Assembly (NCBI GenBank): GCA_963716395.1
Contig: OY970309.1
Location: 3,296,001-3,360,000, forward strand
Origin: an uncultured Fibrobacteria bacterium
GTDB lineage: Bacteria > Fibrobacterota > Fibrobacteria > UBA11236
DNA length: 64,000 bases
Direction of reading: 5' to 3'
Positions 1 through 9,736 of this stretch are shown one piece after another. Within the stretch, counting starts at the first letter, position 1. Each line of letters opens with the position of its first letter. A program made the position numbers and the translations under genes. The notes beneath the pieces are model-generated. The model saw nothing but the letters and a program-made list of their open reading frames with translations, was not told the DNA's origin and searched no databases.

Positions 1-808
1 CTTCTTCCAGCGACATATGCGTCACCTTTTGAAAGGCCTCGCGGATATCGCGATGTCCGGCCAGAGCGTGGATGAACTTGGTCACCGTGCCTTTGCCGTA
101 CACGCTGTCCATGAAGTAGAAGAAGAGCTGGCCGCCTTTATAGGCCATGAAGCCCCCGAAGTTGGTGATCGGCGGAGACACATAGCCGAACGTGGTGGCG
201 TCGATCATGAAGAATTCCGATTCCAAATCCCAGCCAAGCGAGGTATACTCGGCCAAGCCTTCATTGACCCACAGAGGGAATTGCCCCGCCGCCTGACGCT
301 CCGCTGCTTCGCCGGCGCCCCCGCCGTACAGCATGTTGAACACCACGGCATGCGTCATCTCGTGCTGCAAGACGTGGCGGAAATCGGGATAGCTGCCTTC
401 GAAGGGAATGACGATGCGGTCTTTGAACTCTTCGGTAAAGCCTCCCGTGTTTTCGTCGAGCGGCTCCATGGAAACATTGGTCTGTTCAAATTCGGCATGG
501 GAATTGTACAGGATGATGGGAACGCGTTCGGTGAGTTTGTGCCCGACCACTTCCGACACATGCCGATACAATTCTTCCACGTGGCGGGCGGCGAATTGCG
601 CGATGAGTTCGCCCCCTTGCGCATAGTAGATGTCGAAGTGCTCGGTCTGGTAATACGACCAGTGAAAGGGATGGTATTGCACCTTGTTCTGGCCGTAGGG
701 ATCTTGGGTTTGTGCGGCAACCGAAGCGCAGCCGAAACCCAGGGCGAGAACCATTCCCGCGCGGAAAGCACGCCCGGCACGCTGACATGCCTGACGACGA
801 TCAGCCAT
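1..808 (-). CDS. Secreted/outer-membrane protein with N-terminal peptidase MA-like (HExxH) domain; runs off the window start
   Basis: Manually read minus frame from ATG at 808: signal-like MVLALGFGCASVAA, then QDPYGQNKVQYHPFHW..TEHFDIYY, HEMTH motif and FPLWVNEGLAEY. No stop before position 1, so it is absent from the ORF track. Confidence 0.8.
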   Translation of the reverse strand, partial: MADRRQACQRAGRAFRAGMVLALGFGCASVAAQTQDPYGQNKVQYHPFHWSYYQTEHFDIYYAQGGELIAQFAARHVEELYRHVSEVVGHKLTERVPIILYNSHAEFEQTNVSMEPLDENTGGFTEEFKDRIVIPFEGSYPDFRHVLQHEMTHAVVFNMLYGGGAGEAAERQAAGQFPLWVNEGLAEYTSLGWDLESEFFMIDATTFGYVSPPITNFGGFMAYKGGQLFFYFMDSVYGKGTVTKFIHALAGHRDIREAFQKVTHMSLEE

Positions 809-1610
809 ATCCCAATTCCTTCAGCCGGCCTTCGGCCCAGGCGAGTTGCTCGCTTTCCCTAGCCGCGGCCGGCGGAGCGCCGTGGGTGTCGGAGAAAAAG
901 GCCCGCAGCGCCGCTGGCGGCAATTGGCCCGGCGCCACTTCGGCATCGCCCAGATAGGCATAGGTGATGGGGCAGCCGCGCAGCGGGCTCAGCACCCGCG
1001 TACTGCGCCCCACCGGCCCCATGCCGAGGACGCAACTGAAGGGGAATTCATTCGCGATTTGCTCCGCGAAACGAAGCAGGGCTTCGGCTTCGGAGGGGCG
1101 ATGTACGGCGACTGCGAACTTCACGCCCGCGGGATGGTAAGCGCGCATCCGTTGCAGCCAAACTTCCCATGCCGCCGGGTCTTCGCCCTCACAGGCGTGA
1201 TGCGACAGCAAAACCCGGGGACGGTTCGTCAGCGCATTCCACAGGTCGGTGGAAACCGTGGCGGCCGTTTCGATTTCCACATCGAGGTAATCGCACAGCG
1301 GCCGCGTCCCACGGGCCAGGGTTCGCCAGATGGTTTCACGTTCTGCGGCACGTTCCTCGGGCCAGGCGCCGCCATCGCGCCGCAGGCGCAAGGTGAATAT
1401 CACCGGACCCGCGAAACCGCGGTGCGCCCGCAAGTCGTCAAAGGCATGGAGCGCGGGCACGACGGCAGTCTCTTCCAGTCCATCGGCGCGCAATTCCAAT
1501 CCGTCGCAGGTCCAGGCGCTTTCGGGATAACGCTTTTCCTCCAACATCGATGCGGTTAAAATGCCGACGATCAAAGGGGAAAAACGGGTTTTTGTAACTT
1601 GACCCCGCAT
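801..1610 (-). CDS. aroD: Type I 3-dehydroquinate dehydratase
   Basis: LELRAD, IFTLRLRRDGG, YLDVEIE, LSHH, VKFAV, GMGPVGRSTRV and APGQ motifs; start uncertain. Confidence 0.8.
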   Translation of the reverse strand: MRGQVTKTRFSPLIVGILTASMLEEKRYPESAWTCDGLELRADGLEETAVVPALHAFDDLRAHRGFAGPVIFTLRLRRDGGAWPEERAAERETIWRTLARGTRPLCDYLDVEIETAATVSTDLWNALTNRPRVLLSHHACEGEDPAAWEVWLQRMRAYHPAGVKFAVAVHRPSEAEALLRFAEQIANEFPFSCVLGMGPVGRSTRVLSPLRGCPITYAYLGDAEVAPGQLPPAALRAFFSDTHGAPPAAARESEQLAWAEGRLKELGYG

Positions 1611-1711
1611 GCTCAATTTCCGTAATCAGACACCGTTGTCGAAATCGAAGCGACGCGATCAGGCGCCCTCCGTCGGCCCGGCGTCGTCTCGCGCCCCGTG
1701 GTTCCGGCCGG

Positions 1712-2761
1712 TTGTTTGAAATGGGCTCCCCGCACGTGGGCCAAATATCTACTAAATGGAGGTGGTCCAAAGGGCTGGTGTTCTTCGGTCTTGGCTGCGC
1801 TCTCGGCTGCGGCGCCGGCCGTGCGGACTGTTTGCGCGATGCCCGCTATGATGCCGAGATTCGGGCGGCTCTTGAGGCCGTTTTTCACATGCACTATGCC
1901 GCCGCCGAATCGCTGTGTGTCCGCCTCCCCGAACGCGATCCGGCCCGGAATTATTTCGCCGGGCTGGCCGACCTCGATCGTTTTGCCGATCTCGGCGACA
2001 CCGCCGCCTTGCGCCGGGCCGAGCTGAACTGGCTGGCACTCGATACCGACTCCGCCGGCACGTGGCAGGTCGACGCCGCTTCGCGTTCGGTGTATCGCGG
2101 GCTGGCGGAATTTCAGCTTTCCTATATCGCCACACTGCGCGGAGAACGTCTGCGGGCCACGCGCCTGGCCTTCGGCGCGCAGCATCGTCTGGCCCGCGAC
2201 ACGGCCTTTGCCGAAGCCCGCGCAGCCCTGGCCCTCTTCGATTATTACCGCTTGCGTCTGCTGGAACACTTGAACTTTCTCCCCTTCGTCGATGTGCATT
2301 CCGAACTTCCGCTGCACCGACTCGAGGCCGCCGCCGACAGTTCGCGCTATTTGAAAGACGTGCTGATGGCATCGGCCTTCTGGATTCATTTCGATCGCGG
2401 CGAGTTCGATGCCGCGCTGCGCAGCCTCGCAGGATTTTTGACGCGGTACCCGCACAACCGCGTGGTGCGGCAAATGCGCGCCGACGTCTGGTATCGCGCC
2501 GGGCGTTGGGCCGAAGCGCAAGACGAATACCAAAATTTATTGCGGGAGTACGCCCGCTTGCGCGATTCATTGCCGAAAACCTGTTTGCCGTTGGGCTATT
2601 ATTGCGCCGCCGGCAATCTGGCCCGCATCGATGCCGCCATGGGACAGAAAGCATCGGCTGCGCATTATTGGCGCGAATGGCGGCGGGCCGATTCGTTGGG
2701 ACTCGGACCTTGGCTGCCCGCCAGCCTCAAGCGCGCCCTGACGCAAGAACCCGCGCCATGA
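1712..2761 (+). CDS. Exported TPR-like helical repeat protein
   Basis: Hydrophobic N-terminus; TPR-like segments (FLTRYPHN..ADVWYRAGRWAEAQDEY). Confidence 0.55.
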   Translation: MFEMGSPHVGQISTKWRWSKGLVFFGLGCALGCGAGRADCLRDARYDAEIRAALEAVFHMHYAAAESLCVRLPERDPARNYFAGLADLDRFADLGDTAALRRAELNWLALDTDSAGTWQVDAASRSVYRGLAEFQLSYIATLRGERLRATRLAFGAQHRLARDTAFAEARAALALFDYYRLRLLEHLNFLPFVDVHSELPLHRLEAAADSSRYLKDVLMASAFWIHFDRGEFDAALRSLAGFLTRYPHNRVVRQMRADVWYRAGRWAEAQDEYQNLLREYARLRDSLPKTCLPLGYYCAAGNLARIDAAMGQKASAAHYWREWRRADSLGLGPWLPASLKRALTQEPAP

Positions 2762-2841
2762 AGTGCCGTGTTTCCCGCGCGACATCGCTCCCCCATTTTT
2801 GTATCATTACCCTGCCTTCCATTCGAGTTGGAGCTTAGTTC

Positions 2842-4725
2842 ATGACGTCTCCCTCTGCTTCGTCTTCCTCCGCCAAAACCCTGGAAGAAATAGAATCCGT
2901 CACCATTCGCTTTGCGGGTGATTCGGGCGATGGCATGCAATTGACCGGCATGCAATTCACCGATGCTTCCGCGGCCTTCGGCAATGATTTGGCCACCTTG
3001 CCCGATTTTCCTGCGGAGATCCGCGCGCCGGCCGGTACCGTGGCGGGGGTCAGCGCTTTTCAAATCCACTTTTCCGCGCATGACATCAAAACACCGGGGG
3101 ATGATCTCGATGTGCTGGTGGCCATGAATGCCGCGGCGCTCAAAGCCAACATCGCCGATTTGGATCATGGTGGCATGCTGGTGGTCGATCTGGCGGGATT
3201 CACTCCCAAGGATTTGGAAAAAGCCGATTATAAATCCAATCCGCTGGAAGATGGATCGCTGACCGGTTTCCGCGTGGTCTCGGCCGACATCACCGCACTC
3301 ACCGTGAAAGCCGTGGAGCCTTCGGGGCTGAAGGGAAAAGCCGCCGAATTGTGCAAGAACTTCTTCGCCTTAGGCATGATGTTCTGGCTCTATGATCGTC
3401 CGCCCGAGCACACCTTGAAATGGATCGATGAAAAATTCGGACCGAAGTCGAAGTATAAGGAAAAACCCGAGATCGCCACGGCGAACCGGGCGGCTCTGAT
3501 GGCGGGGTCGCACTTTGCCGAAACCATGGAATTGCTCCCCAGCCATTACCGGGTGCGCAAAGCGGATTTACCCAAAGGCAAGTACCGCAAAATTTCAGGT
3601 AATGAAGCCGTGGCCTTCGCATTCGCCGCCGTGACCCAGCTATCCGGCCGCGAAGTTTTCTACGGCAGCTATCCCATCACGCCGGCCTCGGATATTTTGC
3701 ACGGTTTGTCGCGGCAGAAGAATTACGGCATCGTCACCTTTCAGGCCGAAGACGAAATCGCCGCCATCGCCTCGGCGGTGGGTGCCGCTTATGCGGGTGA
3801 CCTGGGCGTTACTGCCACCTCGGGGCCCGGTATCTGCCTTAAAACCGAAGCCATGAACCTGGCGGTGATGACCGAATTGCCGCTGGTCATCATCGACGTG
3901 CAGCGCGGCGGCCCGAGTACGGGCCTGCCGACTAAAACCGAGCAATCCGATTTGCTGCTCAACATGTTCGGCCGCTCCGGCGACAGCCCGGTGCCGATTC
4001 TGGCGGCGCGTTCCCCAGCCGACTGCTTTGCCATGACCCTCGAAGCCGCCCGCATCGCCTTGAAATACATGACCCCCGTCATTCTGCTGACCGACGGATA
4101 CATCGCCAACGGGTCCGAACCCTGGCTCATTCCCAATCCGGCCGCGCTGCCGAAACTGGAAACGCGGTTGGCCCAAGCCGGGGAAGAATACTTTCCCTAC
4201 GAACGCGATCCCGTAACCCTGGCGCGTCGCTGGGCGATACCCGGTACGCCCGGGCTGGAACACCGCATCGGCGGCTTGGAGAAATCGCAGAAAACCGGCA
4301 TGGTCTCCTATGATCCGGATAACCATCAGGCCATGACCTTGGAGCGGCATGCCAAGGTGGCCGGCATCGCCAAAGACATCCCCGCGCAAAAAGTCGAAGG
4401 CAACGTTTCGGCCCAGGTGCTGGTGGTGTCGTGGGGCGGAACCTACGGCGCGGTTTCTACGGCGGTCGATGATTGCAACCGGGCCGGCGTTCCCCTGGCG
4501 CATGCGCATGTGAACTACCTGAATCCGTTTCCCGCCAACCTGGAAGAGATTTTGCACCGGTATCGCAAAGTGGTGGTGCCCGAATTGAACATGGGCCAAT
4601 TGCGGTTGCTTTTATCCGGCACCTTCGGCCTTCCGGTGCTGGGAATCCGACAGGTGCGCGGCAAGCCCTTCCGCGTGTCTTTTCTCGTCGACCAATTGCA
4701 CCGCATCGTAAAGGCCCTGGCATGA
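2842..4725 (+). CDS. korA: 2-oxoacid:ferredoxin oxidoreductase subunit alpha
   Basis: AGDSGDGMQLTG, YPITPAS, QAEDEIAA, TSGPG and QRGGPSTGLPTK motifs. Confidence 0.93.
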   Translation: MTSPSASSSSAKTLEEIESVTIRFAGDSGDGMQLTGMQFTDASAAFGNDLATLPDFPAEIRAPAGTVAGVSAFQIHFSAHDIKTPGDDLDVLVAMNAAALKANIADLDHGGMLVVDLAGFTPKDLEKADYKSNPLEDGSLTGFRVVSADITALTVKAVEPSGLKGKAAELCKNFFALGMMFWLYDRPPEHTLKWIDEKFGPKSKYKEKPEIATANRAALMAGSHFAETMELLPSHYRVRKADLPKGKYRKISGNEAVAFAFAAVTQLSGREVFYGSYPITPASDILHGLSRQKNYGIVTFQAEDEIAAIASAVGAAYAGDLGVTATSGPGICLKTEAMNLAVMTELPLVIIDVQRGGPSTGLPTKTEQSDLLLNMFGRSGDSPVPILAARSPADCFAMTLEAARIALKYMTPVILLTDGYIANGSEPWLIPNPAALPKLETRLAQAGEEYFPYERDPVTLARRWAIPGTPGLEHRIGGLEKSQKTGMVSYDPDNHQAMTLERHAKVAGIAKDIPAQKVEGNVSAQVLVVSWGGTYGAVSTAVDDCNRAGVPLAHAHVNYLNPFPANLEEILHRYRKVVVPELNMGQLRLLLSGTFGLPVLGIRQVRGKPFRVSFLVDQLHRIVKALA

Positions 4726-5732
4726 GCACTGCAACCGAAACTCCCGCCCTGACGCGCAAAGATTTTGCTTCGCCCGTGGCCATCCGCTGGTGCCCGGGAT
4801 GCGGCGACTATTCCATTCTCACCGCCATCCAGGGCGTCTTGCCCACCTTGGGCATCGCGCGCGAGAAATTCGCCTTCATCTCGGGCATCGGCTGTTCCAG
4901 CCGCTTTCCCTATTACATGAACACCTACGGCTTTCACACCATCCACGGCCGGGCCCCGGCGGTGGCCACCGGCGCCAAACTGGCGAATCCCGATCTGCAG
5001 GTGTGGGTGATCACCGGCGACGGCGATGCCTTGAGCATCGGCGGCAACCATTTCATCCACGCCTTGCGCCGCAACGTGGATCTCAAGATCATTTTGTTCA
5101 ACAACAAGATCTACGGCCTGACCAAAGGCCAGTATTCGCCCACCTCAGAGGTGGGCACTGTAAGCCCTTCGACCCCGTTCGGATCGGTGGACACGCCCCT
5201 GTCGCCGCTCAGCCTGGCGCTGGGCGCGGAAGCCGGGTTTGTGGCCCGCACCTCCGACAACGACGTGAAGCATATGAGCGAGGTGATCCGCGCCGCGGCG
5301 GCCTACCGGGGAGCGGCCGTCGTCGAGGTGCTGCAGAACTGTGTCATCTTCGCCGACGACGTACATGAGCCCTATTACGGCCGCGCCACCAAACAAGACA
5401 CGCTGCTGTACCTTTCCCATGGGAAACCTCTGCGTTACGGTAAGGAACAGGAAAAAGGCTTGGTGCCGAAGGGGCACGGACTGGAAGCGCGCCTGAACCC
5501 CGCCGACGAGGCCGTGGCCGTACACGATGAAAAAGACCCCACCGGTTCCTGGGCTTTCACGCTGTCGCGTCTCACCTACCCCGAATTTCCCGTGCCGGTG
5601 GGCGTGTTCCGCAATGTCGACCGGCCCTTGTTTCATGAGGCCGTGCGCGCCCAGGTCGACACCGCGCGCAAAAACAACCCGCCCAATCTGGAAAAGCTGT
5701 TCAATTCCGGCAGCACCTGGGTCGTGGATTAA
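4722..5732 (+). CDS. korB: 2-oxoacid:ferredoxin oxidoreductase subunit beta
   Basis: WCPGCGD, SGIGCSS and TPP-binding GDGD..N..YGLTKGQYSPT; ATG at 4722 overlaps the alpha stop. Confidence 0.93.
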   Translation: MSTATETPALTRKDFASPVAIRWCPGCGDYSILTAIQGVLPTLGIAREKFAFISGIGCSSRFPYYMNTYGFHTIHGRAPAVATGAKLANPDLQVWVITGDGDALSIGGNHFIHALRRNVDLKIILFNNKIYGLTKGQYSPTSEVGTVSPSTPFGSVDTPLSPLSLALGAEAGFVARTSDNDVKHMSEVIRAAAAYRGAAVVEVLQNCVIFADDVHEPYYGRATKQDTLLYLSHGKPLRYGKEQEKGLVPKGHGLEARLNPADEAVAVHDEKDPTGSWAFTLSRLTYPEFPVPVGVFRNVDRPLFHEAVRAQVDTARKNNPPNLEKLFNSGSTWVVD

Positions 5733-5745
5733 GCGCAGGTCCGCC

Positions 5746-6483
5746 GTGAATACGCGCGCCGACATCACGACCCAGGACGGACGGATGGAGGCGCAGGTCT
5801 TCCACCCCGAAGGCCCGGGCCCCTGGCCCGGTGTTCTCTTCTTCATGGACGCCTACGGATTGCGTCCCGATTTGAACGGGATGGCCGAACGTCTGGCGAA
5901 CCGAGGTTATCTGGTCGTGCTGCCGAATCTGTATTACCGCGTGGGCGAATTTCCGCCCTTCAATCCGTTGACCGTCTTCGGCGACCCGGGCGAGCGCGCG
6001 CGCCTCATGGCTTTAGTGCAATCGCTGCGCAATGCCGACGTGATTCGCGACATCGCCGCGGCGCGGGACTTTCTGAAAAGCCAAACGCACGTGCGTCCGG
6101 GGCCGCTGGGTTGCGTGGGCTATTGTATGGGCGGCCGCTTCGCCTTGCTGGCCGCCGGCAGCGGCGGCGAGGATATCGCGGCGGCGGCTTCTTTTCACGG
6201 CGGCAGCCTGGCCACGGAAAAACCCGACAGCCCGCATTTATGGGCCGACCGGATGCGGGCGCGCCTGTATATCGGGGTTGCAGGTCTGGATGCCAATTTC
6301 ACGCCGGAAGAAAAAGCCCGGCTCGAAAATGCTTTGTCGGCGGTAGGGGTGCGGTATACCTTGGAAACCTATCCTGAGGTGCGCCACGGGTTCGCGGTGA
6401 CCGGTTCGGCCGTCTATGATCGCGCGGCCTCGGAGCGCCATTGGGAAGCCCTGTTCGCCTTTTTCCAGGAAACCCTCGGGTAA
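5746..6483 (+). CDS. Dienelactone hydrolase family protein
   Basis: GYCMGG nucleophile motif, DAYGLRP and YPEVRHGF; GTG start at 5746. Confidence 0.88.
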   Translation: MNTRADITTQDGRMEAQVFHPEGPGPWPGVLFFMDAYGLRPDLNGMAERLANRGYLVVLPNLYYRVGEFPPFNPLTVFGDPGERARLMALVQSLRNADVIRDIAAARDFLKSQTHVRPGPLGCVGYCMGGRFALLAAGSGGEDIAAAASFHGGSLATEKPDSPHLWADRMRARLYIGVAGLDANFTPEEKARLENALSAVGVRYTLETYPEVRHGFAVTGSAVYDRAASERHWEALFAFFQETLG

Positions 6484-6549
6484 CCGGAAAGTTTCGGTCG
6501 CCCGACTCGCCGAACATGCGGCAGCCGGGCAGCCCCCGTATCCGGAGCG

Positions 6550-6993
6550 TTAACCCGGAATCTCGGCCTCGACGAGTTGCGCGAAGAGCAGCAGCGATTC
6601 CTGCCAACCGAGATAACAAGCGTCCGGCGGAATCAGGTCGGGCACGCCCGCTTGCACGATGTTCAATTCGGTGCCCACCATGACCTTCGTCAAGGTGATG
6701 GTGACTTTCATCTCGCCGGGCAGATTCGGATCGTCAAACCCATCGGTATGGCAAATGCGCTCGCCCGGCACCAATTCGAGATATTCGCCGCCGAAGGAAT
6801 GGGTGTGGCCCGAGCCGAAATTCGTGAAGGACATTTTGTACGTCCCGCCGACTTTGGCATCGAGGTGGTGGACTTTTCCGGTAAATCCGTGAGGCGGAAG
6901 CCATTTGACCAGTGCTTCGGGGTCTAAAAAAGCCCGGTAGATCTTTTCGGGCGCGGCCCGGATCACGCGGTGCAGGCGGATGGTATTCGGCAT
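6550..6993 (-). CDS. SRPBCC/AHSA1-like (START fold) protein
   Basis: RVIRAAPEKIYRAFLDP..W, GGTYKMSF and CYLGWQESL. Confidence 0.88.
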   Translation of the reverse strand: MPNTIRLHRVIRAAPEKIYRAFLDPEALVKWLPPHGFTGKVHHLDAKVGGTYKMSFTNFGSGHTHSFGGEYLELVPGERICHTDGFDDPNLPGEMKVTITLTKVMVGTELNIVQAGVPDLIPPDACYLGWQESLLLFAQLVEAEIPG

Positions 6994-7059
6994 GGTGGCA
7001 CTTCCTTTCGCACTACGCTTGTAAAAGCGGGATACGAATTCCAGTGGCGAGGGCGCGCG

Positions 7060-8400
7060 TTACTGAATCCCGTACTCTTTGATTTTATACAGCAGGCCGC
7101 GGCGGCTGATGCCCAGATACTCGGCGGCTTGGGTTTTGTTCCAGCGGTTCAATTCCAGGGCTTTGGAAATTTCGTCGCGCTCAACGCCTTGCCGACGCGC
7201 GCGCATCGAGGTCTTGGCGGCGGGCTTCTCGGTTTCGGCCGGTTCCAGTTCGAAGCACAGGTCGGCGCCCGAAGCCAAGACGACGGCCCGTTCCACGGCA
7301 TTGGCCAACTCGCGCACATTGCCGGGCCAAGCGTAACCGCGCAGCAGTTGTTCATGTTCCGCCCCCAGCCGGTGGCGGCAGGAATACCGTTGGTTGAACT
7401 GTTCCAGAAAATACCGGGCCAGCACCAGGATGTCTTCGCCGCGATCGCGCAGCGGCGGCAGCTCGATGGGGATCACATTGAGCCGAAAGTACAGATCTTC
7501 GCGAAAGCGTCCCTGGCGCACGTCTTCGCGCAGATTGCGGTGCGTGGCCGCCACCAGGCGAAAGTCCACCCGCACCGACTCGCGTCCGCCGACGGGATCG
7601 ACGGTGTGCTCCTGCAGTACGCGCAAAAGCTTGACCTGCACCGCGGCCGGCAATTCGCCGATCTCGTCTAGAAACATGGTGCCGCCGTCGGACAACAGGA
7701 ATTTGCCCGGCTTCGCGGTCATGGCGCCGGTGAAGGCCCCCTTTTCATGGCCGAATAATTCCGACTCGATCAACGCTTCGGGGATGGCGCCGCAATTCAC
7801 GGGCACAAAGGGATGCCCGTTGCGCGGCGACGCTTCGTGCAGGGCGCGGGCCAGGCCTTCTTTGCCCGTGCCGCTTTCGCCCAGGATCAAAACCGTGGCA
7901 TCGCCAAACGCAGCTTTGCGCGCTTTGTCGAGACAGGCCAGAAAGGGCGCGCTCTGCCCGATCAGGGCGTGAAAGCCGCGCCCGTCCGGTGCCGGAGGCA
8001 GCGCATTCGCCGGTTGCACATCGGATTCGTGCAAAAGCCGCAGGGTGATTTGTCGCAATTCCTCGTTCTCAAAGGGCTTGGTGAGAAAATCCGAAGCGCC
8101 GAAGCGCAAGGCCTGCACCACGGTGTCGAGCGTGCCATGCGCGGTGATCATCAGAAAGCGCACGCCCGGTTGCTCCTGCTTCACGCGGTGCAAGAACTCC
8201 AGCCCGTCCAGGCCGGGCATGCGGATGTCGGTGATCACCACGTCGATGTTTTCCTCGCGCAGAACATCCAGCGCGGCTTCGGCCGACTCGACGGCGAAAA
8301 CCTTCTCGGCCACCGATCGCAGCGCCGCGGCCGCGATCTCGCGGATATGCTCCTCGTCGTCGACGATCAGCACCGAGCGGCGCAAGGTCGCGGGTTTCAT
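7060..8400 (-). CDS. Sigma54-dependent response regulator (NtrC/AtoC family)
   Basis: Receiver domain (IVDDE, DIRMP), GESGTGKE, GAFTGA, WPGNVREL and C-terminal Fis-type HTH. Confidence 0.95.
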   Translation of the reverse strand: MKPATLRRSVLIVDDEEHIREIAAAALRSVAEKVFAVESAEAALDVLREENIDVVITDIRMPGLDGLEFLHRVKQEQPGVRFLMITAHGTLDTVVQALRFGASDFLTKPFENEELRQITLRLLHESDVQPANALPPAPDGRGFHALIGQSAPFLACLDKARKAAFGDATVLILGESGTGKEGLARALHEASPRNGHPFVPVNCGAIPEALIESELFGHEKGAFTGAMTAKPGKFLLSDGGTMFLDEIGELPAAVQVKLLRVLQEHTVDPVGGRESVRVDFRLVAATHRNLREDVRQGRFREDLYFRLNVIPIELPPLRDRGEDILVLARYFLEQFNQRYSCRHRLGAEHEQLLRGYAWPGNVRELANAVERAVVLASGADLCFELEPAETEKPAAKTSMRARRQGVERDEISKALELNRWNKTQAAEYLGISRRGLLYKIKEYGIQ

Positions 8401-9731
8401 GCTGCCTCCGCGGCGCGCAAATCGCCGATGACCACGGTGAAACGCGAACCTGGTTCGCGCGGTTCGTAGTAGAGGTCGCCGCCCAGTTCGCGCGCTAGTT
8501 TACGCGAAATGGCGAGGCCTAATCCGGTGCCCTTGGCCGAGGTGGTGAAAAAAGGTTCGAACAATTGCGGCCGTTTTTCCGAGGGAACGCCCGCGCCATC
8601 GTCTTCGACCCGAAGCTCGGCCACCTCGCCGCTGGCTTCGAGGTGTACGCGCAAGGGATATCCGGGGGGTTGGAAGCGACGGGCATTCTGCACCAGGTTG
8701 AGCAGGATCTGGCGAATGCCTTCGCGGTCGGAAAACACAGGATAGGCGCCGGTGGTGGAGAACTCCAAGGGATGATCGGGCGCTAACTCGCTTTGCACCC
8801 GGCAAAACTCGGCCGCCCAAGCACACAGGTCGAAGCGTTCGGGCTTGACAACGAAAGGACGGGCGAAGCGCAGAAATTCCTGCACGACTTCGTTCAGCCG
8901 CACTGAATCCTTCAGGATCATGTCGATGAAGCGGGCGTTGCCCAGACCTTCTTCGCGCAAGAGCTGGGCGGCGCCGTAAATCCCTTCCAAGGGATTCTTG
9001 ATTTCATGGGCCACGCCCGCGGCCACCACGGCCCGCTCCTGGGCCTTCATCGCGGCCTCGCTTTCGCGGGCGCGCAATTCCAGCAGGCGCTTGACATTGA
9101 CGGCGGCGACATAGGTCAGAAAGCTGAATACGCCCAGGTACACGAGTTGGAACACGATATAATGCCAGCTCACTTTGGGCGTTGTGGTGTGTTCGATGCT
9201 GGTGCCGTAAGCGATGTGGTAATGCAGGTTGAAATACAGGAACAGCGAGCCGTATAAGATTACGGCCCAGGCTCCACCCCAAATCGCCAGGCCGCGCTTG
9301 TAGCGCAGCGCGGCCAGACCCAGGCAGCAGTAATAATTGAAATAAGTCGGCACCTTGAGGGCATATTCCGGGCCGTCGGTGAACTGGTACAACCAGATCA
9401 TGCTCGTCACGGTGACCATATCGGCGGCCGTGGTCAGAAATTTGTAGGCCGGGCGATAGGGGCGGAAACACAGCCAAAGCTGCACGCCGATGGACCAGGC
9501 GAACCAGATACCGCCTATCCCGAGATTGCTGAGATTCGACCAGTAATAGTTTCCGGGCGCGTGCAGGGCGGTGGAAATCAGCCACGCCAGCACATACACC
9601 ATGCGGATAAAGTTGGAGAGGCGTTCGGCGCGGGCTTCTTCCTGAAACCACAAATCCCGGCCGCGCTCTGCTGGATGCGGCCGCAACAGCCGCTCGTAAA
9701 ATTCCGCCAGCGGCCGAAAGGCGGACAGCAT
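8397..9731 (-). CDS. Multi-pass membrane sensor histidine kinase
   Basis: About 6 hydrophobic segments; AHEIKNPL H-box, N-box, DDGAG, FEPFFTT and GTGLGL. Confidence 0.93.
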   Translation of the reverse strand: MLSAFRPLAEFYERLLRPHPAERGRDLWFQEEARAERLSNFIRMVYVLAWLISTALHAPGNYYWSNLSNLGIGGIWFAWSIGVQLWLCFRPYRPAYKFLTTAADMVTVTSMIWLYQFTDGPEYALKVPTYFNYYCCLGLAALRYKRGLAIWGGAWAVILYGSLFLYFNLHYHIAYGTSIEHTTTPKVSWHYIVFQLVYLGVFSFLTYVAAVNVKRLLELRARESEAAMKAQERAVVAAGVAHEIKNPLEGIYGAAQLLREEGLGNARFIDMILKDSVRLNEVVQEFLRFARPFVVKPERFDLCAWAAEFCRVQSELAPDHPLEFSTTGAYPVFSDREGIRQILLNLVQNARRFQPPGYPLRVHLEASGEVAELRVEDDGAGVPSEKRPQLFEPFFTTSAKGTGLGLAISRKLARELGGDLYYEPREPGSRFTVVIGDLRAAEAA

Positions 9732-9736
9732 GCGGA

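Noticed and set aside
17-862. 281-aa plus-strand ORF and many other long antisense ORFs (e.g. 11684-13309, 18704-20365, 24204-25979)
   Set aside because: Shadow ORFs of well-supported genes in GC-rich DNA.
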